A DNA stretch of 64,000 bases from NCBI GenBank assembly GCA_963785725.1, contig CAWAWS010000020.1, forward strand, positions 160,001-224,000. Direction: 5' to 3'. Both the position numbers and the translations under genes were made by a program. Below, piece after piece: positions 9,264 to 19,743 of the stretch; positions within the stretch are counted from its first letter, which is position 1; every line of letters begins with the position of its first letter. Origin of the DNA: an uncultured delta proteobacterium. Its GTDB lineage: Bacteria > Myxococcota_A > Polyangia > Palsa-1104. The notes below the pieces were generated by a model. That model saw nothing but the letters and a program-made list of their open reading frames with translations. It was not told the DNA's origin and ran no database searches.

Positions 9264-10459
9264 GTCGGCTCGGTCAGCTGAGCGTGTTGGCGTTGTGGCT
9301 GCTGGCCGGCTGTCATGACCGGCGCACCCTCCTCTTCCTGCAGCTGCAGACGGCCGCGGGCGCGCCCGGCGACATCCGCCGCGTCGACGTGCAGGTCGCG
9401 CTCGCCGGCCGCACGGCGACGGTGACGCTGCGCGAAAAGAGCGGCGCCGCCCTGACGTTTCCGACGGGCGACGTCATCGACATCGGCGCCGGCGCCGGCG
9501 CGCTCACCGCCACCGCCACCGCCTACGACGCCACCGGCATGCCGCTCGGCCAGGCCAGCGGCACCACGATCATCGCGTCCGGCGAGAGCAGCGCGCTCAC
9601 GCTCGTCTTCGGCAGCAGCGACGGCGGCTCGCCCGACATGACGACCGGCGCCGCGCCCGACATGACCGGCGCCGTGGCCGACATGACCGCCGCCGCGCCC
9701 GACATGACCGCCGCGACGCCCGTCGTCGACATGGCACCGCCGGCCGACCTCCTGAGCGCGACCGTGCCCGGCGCGCCCACGAACGTGCTCGCCTCGGCCC
9801 TCGTCTTGAGCGCCAAGGTCTCGTGGACGGCGCCGGCGAGCAACGGCGGCGCCGCCATCGTCGCCTACACCGTCACGTCGAGCCCCGACAACGTGCAGGC
9901 CGTCGCCTATCCGCCGGCCACCGGCGCCACCGTCAACGGCTTGCGCCAAGGCGGCTCGTACACGTTCACCGTCACCGCCACCAACGGCGTCGGCACCGGT
10001 CCGCCGTCGGCGCCGTCGACGCCGGCGGTCATGCCGTCGAACCTCGCGCTCACGGCGACGACCGCGGCCAGCTCGACGTTCAACAACCCGAGCATCGGCG
10101 TCTACAACGTCGCGCTCATCAACGACGGCAACATCGACACCGCCGTCGGTCCGACCGACAGCTGGTCCAACGGCCAGGGCACCGCGCTGCCGCAATCGGT
10201 CACGCTCGGCTTCGCCGGCACGAAGACGCCGACGGTCGTGCACCTCTATACGTCCGTCGGCTACGAGATGCAGGCGTTCGACGTGCAAGTCGGCAACGGC
10301 ACGACGTTTACGACCGTCGCCAGCGTCACCGGCAACACGGCGGCGTACGTCGACGTGCCGCTGACGCCACTTTCGGGAACGCAGCTGCGCGTGCTGTGTA
10401 ATACGGGCTCGATTGCGCAGCCGACGATCGTGCGCATCAACGAGCTCGAGGTTTACTGA
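9260..10459 (+). CDS. Lipoprotein with fibronectin type III and discoidin/F5-8-like domains
   Basis: ATGA overlap with the upstream stop; lipobox LAGC; FN3 motifs VPGAPT..VSWTAPASNGG..YTFTVTATN; ends RINELEVY. Confidence 0.8.
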   Translation: MSRLGQLSVLALWLLAGCHDRRTLLFLQLQTAAGAPGDIRRVDVQVALAGRTATVTLREKSGAALTFPTGDVIDIGAGAGALTATATAYDATGMPLGQASGTTIIASGESSALTLVFGSSDGGSPDMTTGAAPDMTGAVADMTAAAPDMTAATPVVDMAPPADLLSATVPGAPTNVLASALVLSAKVSWTAPASNGGAAIVAYTVTSSPDNVQAVAYPPATGATVNGLRQGGSYTFTVTATNGVGTGPPSAPSTPAVMPSNLALTATTAASSTFNNPSIGVYNVALINDGNIDTAVGPTDSWSNGQGTALPQSVTLGFAGTKTPTVVHLYTSVGYEMQAFDVQVGNGTTFTTVASVTGNTAAYVDVPLTPLSGTQLRVLCNTGSIAQPTIVRINELEVY

Positions 10460-10462
10460 GCG

Positions 10463-11695
10463 CTAATTACGCGCGAGCAGCGAGATTTCGGCGTCGGGCA
10501 TGACCGCCAGCCGATTGCGCTGCGGGAACGTGCCCACCGTCGTCTTCGCGATCTGCTGTCCCGTCGCATAATCGATGACGGCGACGGCGTTGTCGCCCGA
10601 CAGTGAGACGAAGCAGGACTTGCCGTCGACGCTCGTGGACGCCCAATAGGGAATCAGGCCGACGTCGATGGTGCTGACGACGGCCATGTCGGCGGTGGTG
10701 ATGATGGAGACGGTGTTGTCGATGGTGCCGGCGTCGCACAAGCGCGCGCCGTCCTTCGACAGCGCCAAGCCGTGATGGGCCGAGTCGTGCGGGTAGTCGT
10801 CGCGCGTCGGATAATTCGCCGTCGCGAAGGCGCTCAACGGCTCACTCACCGTCGCCGTCGTCACGCCCCACACGAGATCGTATTTGACGACGCCGTTGAG
10901 ATACGACAACTGCGTGTACAGCGTATTGCCGTCCGGCGTGACGATATTGGGACGAATCCCCTCGCCGAAGAAGTAGGTGCGCACCGGCGCCAGCGTCGTG
11001 GCGTCGACGATCGTGAACAGCCGAAAGCCCTTGAGGAAGTCCAAGCTGGAGGCGAGATCGACGTCGCCGATGCTGCTGTTGTAGATGCGCTTGCCGTCCG
11101 CCGAGTAGTCGTTCTGGTGCGGATAGTGACCGGTCGCGAACGAGCCGACGAGCGCGCCCGTGGCCGCGTCGAGCACCTGCGCTTGGTCGACGAGCGTCGC
11201 CGAGACGACGAGCCGCGTGCCGTCGGGCGAGAGCGTCGCGTGGTCGGCGTGATAGCCGGCGACGTCGGTGCGCCACAGCATCGGATGCGCCGCCGACGTC
11301 AGATCGAACGCCGCGACGTCGCCCAGGTTCGAGCGCGAGACATAGAGCCGCGTGCCATCGGGCGACAGAAAGACGTCATCGACGAAGCGCTGCCCACCCG
11401 CCGGCTCGAAGTGCTTGATCTTCTGATTCTGCGTAATCAGCGCATAGGCGATGGCATGGATCGGGTCGGTGTTGATGACGCCGAGCCGCTGTTGCAGGTC
11501 GGGCGCGACGTCGAGCGTCCCCAAGTTGGCGAACGTGTGACCGTCGAGAAAGCTGACCGTGCCGGCGACGCTGTTGCCGACGAGCAGCACGTCGTGCAGC
11601 GGCGCCGTCTGCGCGGCCGTGACCTCGTGCGTGCCGACGGCGTTGCTACAGGCGAACGACAATAACGGGAGAGCGCACAGCGACCACTTGAGCAT
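10463..11695 (-). CDS. YncE/YVTN-type beta-propeller lipoprotein
   Basis: Lipobox SFAC; repeated LSPDGTRLYV-type blades; GGAAGG RBS before the ATG at 11695. Confidence 0.8.
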   Translation of the reverse strand: MLKWSLCALPLLSFACSNAVGTHEVTAAQTAPLHDVLLVGNSVAGTVSFLDGHTFANLGTLDVAPDLQQRLGVINTDPIHAIAYALITQNQKIKHFEPAGGQRFVDDVFLSPDGTRLYVSRSNLGDVAAFDLTSAAHPMLWRTDVAGYHADHATLSPDGTRLVVSATLVDQAQVLDAATGALVGSFATGHYPHQNDYSADGKRIYNSSIGDVDLASSLDFLKGFRLFTIVDATTLAPVRTYFFGEGIRPNIVTPDGNTLYTQLSYLNGVVKYDLVWGVTTATVSEPLSAFATANYPTRDDYPHDSAHHGLALSKDGARLCDAGTIDNTVSIITTADMAVVSTIDVGLIPYWASTSVDGKSCFVSLSGDNAVAVIDYATGQQIAKTTVGTFPQRNRLAVMPDAEISLLARN

Positions 11696-11833
11696 GAGCC
11701 ACCATCCTTCCACGCCATGGGTGACTCATCGCTGCGACGGCGACTTGCCGATCGGCGGTAGCGCGAATCGCTCGCCGCGTTCACGTTTGCGGGCGTGGCC
11801 GTCGCGTAAGCGGCGACGACTTTCGGACGGTTA

Positions 11834-13426
11834 CTAATTCCAGCCGGGCATCTGCGACAATTTCACGACTTGAGCGTCCGCGAACAGCCCCGGCAAGACC
11901 GAGGCGTTGGCGCTCGACGTCAGCTGATCGGGCCACATCGCGACATAGGTCCACAGCGGCTGAGTCGTCAGCACCGACGCCGGCATCAGCGTGTAGCACT
12001 CGCCGACGCCGATGGGCTTGCCGGCGGCGATGCCGACCATCGCGTCGTAATTCTGCGTCGTGAACCCCGAGTCGTAGACGTCGAGCGACACGATGTCGAA
12101 GTAGCTCGCGCCCGGCGAATAGCTGGTCACGTCGCCCGCCAGCGTCGAATAATCCTGCACGTTGTAGACCCAAATGATGTTGTCGAGCCCTTTGACGTTC
12201 ACGAGATAGTCGTGGGTGATTTGGTACAGCTTGGGCGAGCCGGTCGGTCCCGGCCGGCCTTGCCACCACGCCCAGCCGCCGTTGATCTCGTGCAGCGGCC
12301 GAAACAGCGGCGCCACGCCTGCCGCCTTCAGCTCGGCGAAATACGTGGCCAAGAGATCGAGGCGCGCCAGCCACACCTGATAGAGCGTGCCGCCCGGCGT
12401 CGTCAGATCGCTCCATTGCGCGTCGGTGAGGCTGGAGCCGTCGATGTTGGTGCCGTCGGGGCCGCCCGAATACGAGCAGTCCTCGTTGGCGCCCAGCGTC
12501 GGCGAGCAGGCGTGATAGATGTACTGCACGAGCGCGCCTTTGGCCCACTGCGCCTCGCCCGCTTGGACGATCGATTCGCGCGCCGCCGGCAAGTTGCTGC
12601 CGAAGCCCCAGTCGCCGCTCCAGAAGCTGGGATAGCCGTTGCCGCCGATCGACGCCATCTGGTCGGAGTCGGCCGTCGGGTTGCTCGCGTCTTTGTCCTC
12701 GATGCCGATGGCCGACTGCTTGCCCTGAATGCTCTTCAAATAGGCGAGCACCTTGTCGCGCGCGGAGCTGCCGGCGCTCCCGCCGTCGCTGCCCGAGCCG
12801 CTCGTCGCCGGCAGCGCCAACGTATAGGTCTCCCAGGCTTTGTCCCAGGGCGCGTTGGCGAGCACTTGGCCGCCGCCGCCGTTGATGGCCGAGACGTAGT
12901 TGCTCGTCACTTTGGTCATGAAGGCGACGTGATCGCCGGCCGCAATCGTGCCCGCGCCGTCGACGCGCGTGATCGTGAACGTCTCGTCGTCGCCCGCCGT
13001 CGCCGCGCTGAAGCCGAGCGCGCCGCCGCCGCCGTTGACCGCCGACAAATACTGGCCGCCGACCGCCAAGTAGACGACGTCGCCGTCGCTGAGCAGGCCG
13101 CCGTTGACGTCGGTCAGCGTGAACGTCTCGGTCGCGCCGGCGCTGTCGGCGGCCGCGTCGAGCACGCCGCCCGCGCCGCTCGACAAATACTGACTGGTAT
13201 CGAGCGTCGACAACGTCAGCGTGTACGTCGACGGTCCCGCGCCGGCGTCGCTCGCGGTCGCGCTGCCGCCGCCGTTACCGCCGGATGATCCGCCGCCGCC
13301 GCCGCTGCCCGAGCTGTGCTCGCCACTCAGGCTGCCGCCGCAGCCGGCGACGCCGAGCGCGAGGATGAGCGAGCCCGCGAGCATGCGCGTCCTCGCCTTC
13401 GTTCTGGGCTTCGTCGAAGTCCGCAA
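11834..13426 (-). CDS. GH26 beta-mannanase-like lipoprotein with a fascin-like beta-trefoil domain
   Basis: GH26 motifs FRPLHEINGGWAWW, DIVSLDVY and GVGEC; fascin-like YLSAVNGGG..WETY repeats; lipobox VAGC; GAGGAGG RBS before the TTG start. Confidence 0.85.
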   Translation of the reverse strand: MRTSTKPRTKARTRMLAGSLILALGVAGCGGSLSGEHSSGSGGGGGSSGGNGGGSATASDAGAGPSTYTLTLSTLDTSQYLSSGAGGVLDAAADSAGATETFTLTDVNGGLLSDGDVVYLAVGGQYLSAVNGGGGALGFSAATAGDDETFTITRVDGAGTIAAGDHVAFMTKVTSNYVSAINGGGGQVLANAPWDKAWETYTLALPATSGSGSDGGSAGSSARDKVLAYLKSIQGKQSAIGIEDKDASNPTADSDQMASIGGNGYPSFWSGDWGFGSNLPAARESIVQAGEAQWAKGALVQYIYHACSPTLGANEDCSYSGGPDGTNIDGSSLTDAQWSDLTTPGGTLYQVWLARLDLLATYFAELKAAGVAPLFRPLHEINGGWAWWQGRPGPTGSPKLYQITHDYLVNVKGLDNIIWVYNVQDYSTLAGDVTSYSPGASYFDIVSLDVYDSGFTTQNYDAMVGIAAGKPIGVGECYTLMPASVLTTQPLWTYVAMWPDQLTSSANASVLPGLFADAQVVKLSQMPGWN

Positions 13427-13675
13427 GACGACCTCCTCGACTACGATTTCGCGTCACGACGACGCGGGGGCATTGCACCTCGCGGCCGACAAAGAGCAAC
13501 GACGGGGCCAAGTGCTGCGCTGCGGCGACGAAAGTCGGCACACGCCTGTCTCGCAAGCGAGACGACGCCGGAAACGGCGGGTTTACGCGCACGCCAGTCA
13601 TCAGCCGCTGGGGTTGCGGCGCTCCGACCGTAAACGCGGGGTGGTCACTCGCGGCGGCTCGAGCCGCGCGCGAAG

Positions 13676-14572
13676 TTACAAGCAGCCGATGGGCTGTCCG
13701 GAGATGGCGACTTCGTCGAAGTAGACGTCGTTGGTGCCGGTGTCGCCGGTGTTCGTGTAGATGATGCCCACGTTGACCTGATCGAGCTGCTCGGTCATCG
13801 GATCGGTGGGGCTGCCGCTGAATTGCCCGAGCTGCTTGCCCTGCAGCGACACCGTCACCGAGCCGTTGTGCGTGTCGAACGTCGTCGCCAGCTCGAGGCA
13901 CAGCCACTGATTCGTCGGGAGCTGCGCGCCGCTGAAGTTGGCGGCCTGACCGAAGAACCCGCCGGCGTAATTCAAGGTGCCGTTGATGGGATCGACGTTG
14001 AGCGTCGCGTAGTCGTTGCCGTTCAAGTTCTGCGACGCGTGGAAGCCGACGATCTGAAACGGCGTCATCGAAAACTGCGTCATGTAGAAGAAGAAGCGCA
14101 CGTGCAGCGTCGACGGGCGATTGGGGATCGTCTCGAACACGAACGACTGCTGATTGGCGCCCACCGTCTTGGCGTGCATCGAGCTCTGCCCGAGACACGT
14201 CGGCGAATTGGCGATGACGAGATCGGTGCCGGCGTTGAGCCCGACGCCCGCGCCTTGGATGATGGGCGCGTTGTTCCAGTTGGGGAACGACATGCCGCTC
14301 TCGGTCTCGAAGCCGTCGCAAAAGAGATAGCTCGCCGGGCACAGCGTGGTCGGCGTGGTGCGGCCGCACAAAAAGCCGCCGGCGTCGGGATCGATCGGCG
14401 TCATATCGACGATGACGCCGCCGCCGTCGCCGGGCTCGTGCATCGACATGTCGGCGCCGGGCTTGTTCTTGTACAGCTTGGCGTCGAAGACGTCGCAGGC
14501 GGCGACACAGCTCGCCAACGCCAAGCCGGCCGCCCAAAAGCTACGCACGGTTCGCGTGTGAGGATGAATCAT
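13676..14572 (-). CDS. Lipoprotein with a beta-sandwich (CBM/LamG-like) domain
   Basis: Lipobox VAAC; FCDGFE start, WLCLEL, and C-terminal YFDEVAIS..IGC. Confidence 0.7.
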   Translation of the reverse strand: MIHPHTRTVRSFWAAGLALASCVAACDVFDAKLYKNKPGADMSMHEPGDGGGVIVDMTPIDPDAGGFLCGRTTPTTLCPASYLFCDGFETESGMSFPNWNNAPIIQGAGVGLNAGTDLVIANSPTCLGQSSMHAKTVGANQQSFVFETIPNRPSTLHVRFFFYMTQFSMTPFQIVGFHASQNLNGNDYATLNVDPINGTLNYAGGFFGQAANFSGAQLPTNQWLCLELATTFDTHNGSVTVSLQGKQLGQFSGSPTDPMTEQLDQVNVGIIYTNTGDTGTNDVYFDEVAISGQPIGCL

Positions 14573-14596
14573 TCCGGGCGGCTCTCCAGTCGTCGG

Positions 14597-16351
14597 TCAG
14601 CGATGCAGGTACGGGTTGAGCTCGAGCGCGGGCTCGCTGCCATGCGACGCGTCGTCGGCGTTGTTGTTGTCGCGCGGGCGGGCCGCCGGCTGCGGCTGCG
14701 TGGCGTGGCTGTGATGACGATCGGTCGCTTTGGCGGGCGCGCTCGCGTGCCCGGCGGAATCGGCCGCAGCCGGCTTCTCGGTCGTCGGCGCCGGCGCCTT
14801 GGCGGCCGGCGGCGCGTTCGCGGGATCGGGCGTCGTCGTGCCCAGCGTCGCCGACGGCAAGTCGCCGTTCGCCTCGGCCGGCTTCGCTGGCGCGGCGGGC
14901 GCCATCGCCGGCGGCGGCGTCGGCGCGACCGCGACCGGCGGCGCATCAGCCACCACCTTCATCGCCGCGCGCGCCTGCGCCGCTTGCTGCTGCCGCCACC
15001 ACACGCCGACGGCGAACGCGACCGCCAGCGCCACCAACGTGACGGCCACGATGCGCGCGGCGCGACGTGGCCGCGGCGGCTTGGCCGAGACGCGCGTGCC
15101 GTTCGGCGCCGGCGCGTATGCCGCCGCCTCCGCCTCGTCTTCGGCGTCGGCCTCGAACGCGATCGGCGGCGCCGGCGTCTCTTGGTCATGCAAGAGCGGA
15201 TTCGCCAGCGACACCCCCGACAGCGACTTCGACGGCTCGTGCAAGAGGTCGACGCGACCGGCGATGGGCGGCCGACCGCCCGACAGCGACAGCTTCGGCA
15301 GCGACGCCAGCTCGCCGAGCCGCATGGCGCCGCCGTTGCCGGTCAAGACGCTGCAATAGCGCTGGATGGCGTCGCGGCGCTCGGTGATCTCTTGGCTCAT
15401 GCGCGCCCGCATGATGTCGGCCGCTTCCATGCTGCTGGCGAGGCAGCCGCCCTTCTCGGCCGCGCGCGACAGCTCCGCCGCCATGTCGTGCGCCGACGCG
15501 TAGCGCTGATCGGGCGCGCGCGCCAACGCCCGCGCGCAGATGAGGTCGAGCTCCGTCGGTGCCAGCGGCTGAATCGTCGACGGCGGCCGAATCGGATCCT
15601 CGAGCAGCTTGAGCAGCGTCGCCGCTTCGTTGGGCGCCTTGAACAGCCGCTTGGCCGTCAGGCACTCCCACAGCATGACGCCGACCGAGAAGACGTCGGC
15701 GCGACGATCGAGCGCGCCGCCCGTCGCCTGCTCCGGCGCCATGTACGCGATCTTGCCTTTGACCGTGCCCGGCTGCGTCTGCGTGATGCGCGTGCCGGCG
15801 TGCGCGATGCCGAAGTCGGCGATGCGACCGGCGCCGTCGATGCCGATGAGCACGTTCTGCGGCGAGACGTCGCGATGGACGAGCCCGATGGCGTGCCCGC
15901 GATCGTCGGTCAGATTGTGCGCGGCGTCGAGCCCGGCGAGCACGCCGAGCAGCGCCTGCACGCCGACGCGAATGCGCTCCGTCGGCGTCAACAGCGGCGT
16001 GCCCAAGATGCGCGAGAACGAGAAGCCTTCGATGTAATCCATCACGAGATACAGCCCGAGCGAGCTCTGGCAGACGTCGATGATGGGCACGGCGTTGGCG
16101 TGATGGATCTGGGCCGCCAGCCGCGCTTCGTCGAGCAGCATGTCGACGAACTGCGGATCGGACGCGAGGTGCGGATGCAAGAGCTTGATGGCGAACAGGC
16201 GCGAAAAGCCGCCCGCGCCCGCCAGCCGCGCCAGCATGACGGTCGCCATGCCGCCCGAGGCGATCTCGGCGATCAGCTCGTAACGATCGAGTCGCCGGCG
16301 CGGACCCGTGATCGTCGCCGGCGAGGCACCCGGACGCTGGCCGCCGCTCAT
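14597..16351 (-). CDS. Membrane Hanks-type Ser/Thr protein kinase
   Basis: IASGGMA, AIK, HRDVSPQN, DFG and YMAPE intact; TM helix; GAGGAG RBS before the ATG at 16351. Confidence 0.92.
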   Translation of the reverse strand: MSGGQRPGASPATITGPRRRLDRYELIAEIASGGMATVMLARLAGAGGFSRLFAIKLLHPHLASDPQFVDMLLDEARLAAQIHHANAVPIIDVCQSSLGLYLVMDYIEGFSFSRILGTPLLTPTERIRVGVQALLGVLAGLDAAHNLTDDRGHAIGLVHRDVSPQNVLIGIDGAGRIADFGIAHAGTRITQTQPGTVKGKIAYMAPEQATGGALDRRADVFSVGVMLWECLTAKRLFKAPNEAATLLKLLEDPIRPPSTIQPLAPTELDLICARALARAPDQRYASAHDMAAELSRAAEKGGCLASSMEAADIMRARMSQEITERRDAIQRYCSVLTGNGGAMRLGELASLPKLSLSGGRPPIAGRVDLLHEPSKSLSGVSLANPLLHDQETPAPPIAFEADAEDEAEAAAYAPAPNGTRVSAKPPRPRRAARIVAVTLVALAVAFAVGVWWRQQQAAQARAAMKVVADAPPVAVAPTPPPAMAPAAPAKPAEANGDLPSATLGTTTPDPANAPPAAKAPAPTTEKPAAADSAGHASAPAKATDRHHSHATQPQPAARPRDNNNADDASHGSEPALELNPYLHR

Positions 16352-16364
16352 GCGCGACTCCTCC

Positions 16365-17390
16365 TCATTGGAACGTCGCCAATCCGGCCGCGGCGCCACC
16401 GGCGCCAAACGGCTGCAAACGGACGGAAGCGCGCCGTTCGGCGGGCGCGCTCGAATGCCAGCGAGTCGCGAAGATGGCGATGACGAGCGTGGCCACGCCG
16501 AGCGCCGCCGTGCCGGCGATGAGCCCGTCGGTGCGATGCTCGCGATCGAGGCCGTCGTTGAAGCCGGCCTGCGTCGGGTTCTTCTGGTAGCGATCGTTGG
16601 CCGACAGCGTGTCGAGGCCCGACCAGATCGTAGCCGCGCCCAAACCGGCCGTCAGCGCCAGGCCGACGATGGCCAGGGCCGGGTTCAGCCGCCGATCCCG
16701 CTTCTCGACGACGGGCGCAGCCGGCGCGGGCGCAGCCGCAGCCGCGGCCGGATTGGTGACGACGGCGCTGGCCGGCGCCTCGTTCGTCGGCGGCGGCGTC
16801 GTGACGACCGGCTGCGGCGGCGGCTCGACGGCCAGCTCGCTCGTCGCGCCCGCGGTCGCCGTCACCGACTTCGTCGCCGATCGGCCGTCGTTGAAGCGCG
16901 CGATGACGGCGTGATCGCCGGGCGCGACATAGAGCTTGTGCGTGGCCGAGGGCGCATCCGAGGTCGCGCGACCGTCGAGCACGAGCGCGCAGTCGACCGC
17001 GCAGCGCACCGACAGCTCGCCCAGCGTCGGCGTCACCCGCGCCAAGAGCCGCTCGGCCAGCTTGCGCGTCTCGAGATCGTTCGGATAACGCTCGATGGCG
17101 TGCGCCGCCAGGGTCGCCGCGTGCGCCGGATTGCCGGCGGCGTCGAAGTTGCGCATGGCGCTGCGCAGCGCGGCCGCGTTCGGCGCCGACCGATCGGCCA
17201 GCTCGAACAGCTCGGCCGCGCGCGCGTAATCACGATGCAGCTGCGCGCGCTGCCCCTCTTCGAACGCTCGCGCGGCGCCGTCGACGTCCTCAGCGGGCGA
17301 ATTTTGCGCGTAGGAGATTCCGGCGATCGTCATCGAGACGACGATCGTCGCCAAGCCAAGCAGCCGCGTGTGATGAGCCAGAGGCTGCAT
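16365..17390 (-). CDS. TPR + PEGA-like protein with C-terminal TM helices
   Basis: Signal peptide, TPR-like AFEEGQRA..DYARAAELFE, APGDHAV motif, two hydrophobic segments. Confidence 0.8.
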   Translation of the reverse strand: MQPLAHHTRLLGLATIVVSMTIAGISYAQNSPAEDVDGAARAFEEGQRAQLHRDYARAAELFELADRSAPNAAALRSAMRNFDAAGNPAHAATLAAHAIERYPNDLETRKLAERLLARVTPTLGELSVRCAVDCALVLDGRATSDAPSATHKLYVAPGDHAVIARFNDGRSATKSVTATAGATSELAVEPPPQPVVTTPPPTNEAPASAVVTNPAAAAAAPAPAAPVVEKRDRRLNPALAIVGLALTAGLGAATIWSGLDTLSANDRYQKNPTQAGFNDGLDREHRTDGLIAGTAALGVATLVIAIFATRWHSSAPAERRASVRLQPFGAGGAAAGLATFQ

Positions 17391-17559
17391 CAGGGTGCAC
17401 CCTTTCCTTCCGTGTACGGAAGGCTGTTCGATTCATGGTCGAACACCGGGGCGACGCTGTCAATCGTAGGAAACCGTTAGATCATTTTGGTGCGGTCGGT
17501 GTGCGGAGAGAGGCGACGAAGGCCCTACATCAGGGCCGAAATCGACGCCGCAGCGAGAC

Positions 17560-19743
17560 TTATTTCGGGGCGTTTGCGGTGCCGGCGGGAGACTTTGTTC
17601 CGAGCACGTGACTGACGCGTACCACTTCCGGCAGGTGGACGTCGAGCTTGCCCAAGTACCACGCCAACCCGATCAACAAGAGGAGCAGCAGCGTGAAGTA
17701 GGCGCGCCACGGCCGCGACTTCTCGGCGTACGGATCTTTCAGCGAGCGCTCGGCGCCTTTGGGCAGCGTCGCGACGTCGGTGAGCGCGCCGCCGAAGGGC
17801 ACGTTGATGCGCGCGCGGCCGTTGATGGCCCAGCCGTTGGCGTCGAGCAGCGGGCCCAAGTTGCGCTGGCGCAGCTTCAAGAACGCCAGCAACATCGACG
17901 GTCCCGAGACCAGCAGCAAGACGGCGACGAGGCCGAGCGGCATCCACGCGCCGAGGCCGAAGAAGGCGCCCAAGATTCCGGCGAGCATGGCGCCGATGCC
18001 GCCGATGGCGACGCCGATGGCGGCGACGGTGCCGACGTCGATCTTCGACGCCGTGTCGGACTTCTTCGTGACCGTCGCCGGCGCCTGATCGGCCGTCGCC
18101 ACCGCCGTCGCGGTCTCGCTCAGCTTGGTGTTCGACTCGGCGTCGGCCTTGCTCGCGCGCTTCGAGACCTGCTCCTCGACGAGCCGCACGAGCTTCTTGT
18201 ACGGCGCCCAAAACGCTTCGCGAATGCTGATGGGGTTGGCGACGATCTTGGTGATGGTGGCGTCCCAATCGCGGCCTTTGCGATCGAAGAAGATGCCGTT
18301 GCGGCCGACCAAGAGGTTGTCGGAGTCGCCGTCGGTGAAGGCGGCCACGATGCTCATCTTCTCGCCGCCCGGTCGCGTGCAGTCGCAATAGGCGAGATAG
18401 GCGCCCGACATCGCCGCCAGCGCCGCGTGCTTGCCGGCGTCAGCGACTTCGAGGCAGAGCGTGCAGCCGCGACCGTCCAAAAAGAGCGTGCCCGCTTGGA
18501 AGGCGGCGCCGCGCCGGCCGTAGAACTCGGCGAAGTTGACGAAGTTGCGCAGCACGAGCAAGAGATCGCGCTGAAACAGCAGCAGCTTCTCGACGGCGGC
18601 GACCTGCGCGCTCTCGGCTTCCAGCGCCAGATCTTGCTGGATGAGCGCGTCGATCTTGGCTTTGGCGTCGCCGGTCGCGAGCGCGCGCACGCGTTCGAGG
18701 CTGATCGTGGGATCGATCGAGACGATGGGCTTCTCGGCCCACCACTTGTCGTACGCCGCCAGCTTTGCCTGCAGCGCCACCCAATCGGCGTACGACAGCT
18801 CGGCGCGCGCGCCCAAAAGCGGCGTCACCGTCGCGTCGGCGAGCGCCGTCAACGGATCGGCCCATGTCGGGTTGACGCCGTCGCGCAGCGGCAAGGCGCG
18901 ATTGGCCTCGACGTGCGCCAGCGGCAGCTTGCCGACCTCTTCGCGCGCCTGGCTCAAGTCCTTCATCGCCAGCGCCGTCCAATCGGCTTCGCTGCCGCCG
19001 AGCGGACCGACCGAGCGCGCATCGACCGCCGCCAGCCGCGTGCGCGTGAAGAAGTCGTCGACTTTGCCGCGCACGGCGCGCATGGCGTCGGCCGCGGCCG
19101 CCGTCGCCTCGCCGAGCGGCCGCGTCGTGGCGTCGGCTTTCTTGTCCCAGCCCACGAGCGCGTCCACTTCGGCGAAGAAGCTGTCGACCAGCACCTGATT
19201 GACGCCCAGCTTGCCGCTGCGATCGGCGACCTGACCGCGCGTCGTCATGATCTCGCCGATGACGGCGCGCGTGGCCTCGTCGTCGGCCGACTCGGGCGGC
19301 ACGACGCCGTCGCCGTTGAAGCGCGTCTCGGCGAAGATCTTGGCCGTGTCGGCGACGTCGGCGAGCGTGATGCTGGTCGCGTCGCCGCGGCCCATGTTGA
19401 CGAGGATGCGCGTCGCGCCCGCTTTGACGGCCGGATCCTTGATCGACGACAGCGCCACCGAATCGCCGCCTTTGTACAGCTCGCTCGGATCGGCCAACGT
19501 CTCGGTCGCCCACTTCACGGCGGCCAAGACCTCGGGCAGACGAATGCGTCCGTCCTTGTCGGCGTCGATCGCCTCCAGCGTCTTCGGATCGAAGTTGACG
19601 CCTTTGGTCGGCATCGCCAGCGCGACCCACAGCTTCGGGTCGAGATCGGGCAAGCCGATGAGGTCGGCGCCATCACGCAGCGCGACCTGATCGACTCCGC
19701 CCGAGCGGTAAAACTTCCAGCGATGCGTCGTCGGGTTCGCCAT
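17560..19743 (-). CDS. Conserved hypothetical EF-hand-containing membrane protein
   Basis: EF-hand loop DADKDGRIRLPE; three hydrophobic segments near the C-terminus; start overlaps the upstream stop (TAATG). Confidence 0.75.
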   Translation of the reverse strand: MANPTTHRWKFYRSGGVDQVALRDGADLIGLPDLDPKLWVALAMPTKGVNFDPKTLEAIDADKDGRIRLPEVLAAVKWATETLADPSELYKGGDSVALSSIKDPAVKAGATRILVNMGRGDATSITLADVADTAKIFAETRFNGDGVVPPESADDEATRAVIGEIMTTRGQVADRSGKLGVNQVLVDSFFAEVDALVGWDKKADATTRPLGEATAAAADAMRAVRGKVDDFFTRTRLAAVDARSVGPLGGSEADWTALAMKDLSQAREEVGKLPLAHVEANRALPLRDGVNPTWADPLTALADATVTPLLGARAELSYADWVALQAKLAAYDKWWAEKPIVSIDPTISLERVRALATGDAKAKIDALIQQDLALEAESAQVAAVEKLLLFQRDLLLVLRNFVNFAEFYGRRGAAFQAGTLFLDGRGCTLCLEVADAGKHAALAAMSGAYLAYCDCTRPGGEKMSIVAAFTDGDSDNLLVGRNGIFFDRKGRDWDATITKIVANPISIREAFWAPYKKLVRLVEEQVSKRASKADAESNTKLSETATAVATADQAPATVTKKSDTASKIDVGTVAAIGVAIGGIGAMLAGILGAFFGLGAWMPLGLVAVLLLVSGPSMLLAFLKLRQRNLGPLLDANGWAINGRARINVPFGGALTDVATLPKGAERSLKDPYAEKSRPWRAYFTLLLLLLIGLAWYLGKLDVHLPEVVRVSHVLGTKSPAGTANAPK

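Noticed and set aside
13823..16483. Long antisense or alternative-frame ORFs (also 17608-19830, 57650-59200, 5843-7870)
   Set aside because: These are Arg/Ala-rich shadows of real genes caused by high GC3, with no recognisable motifs.
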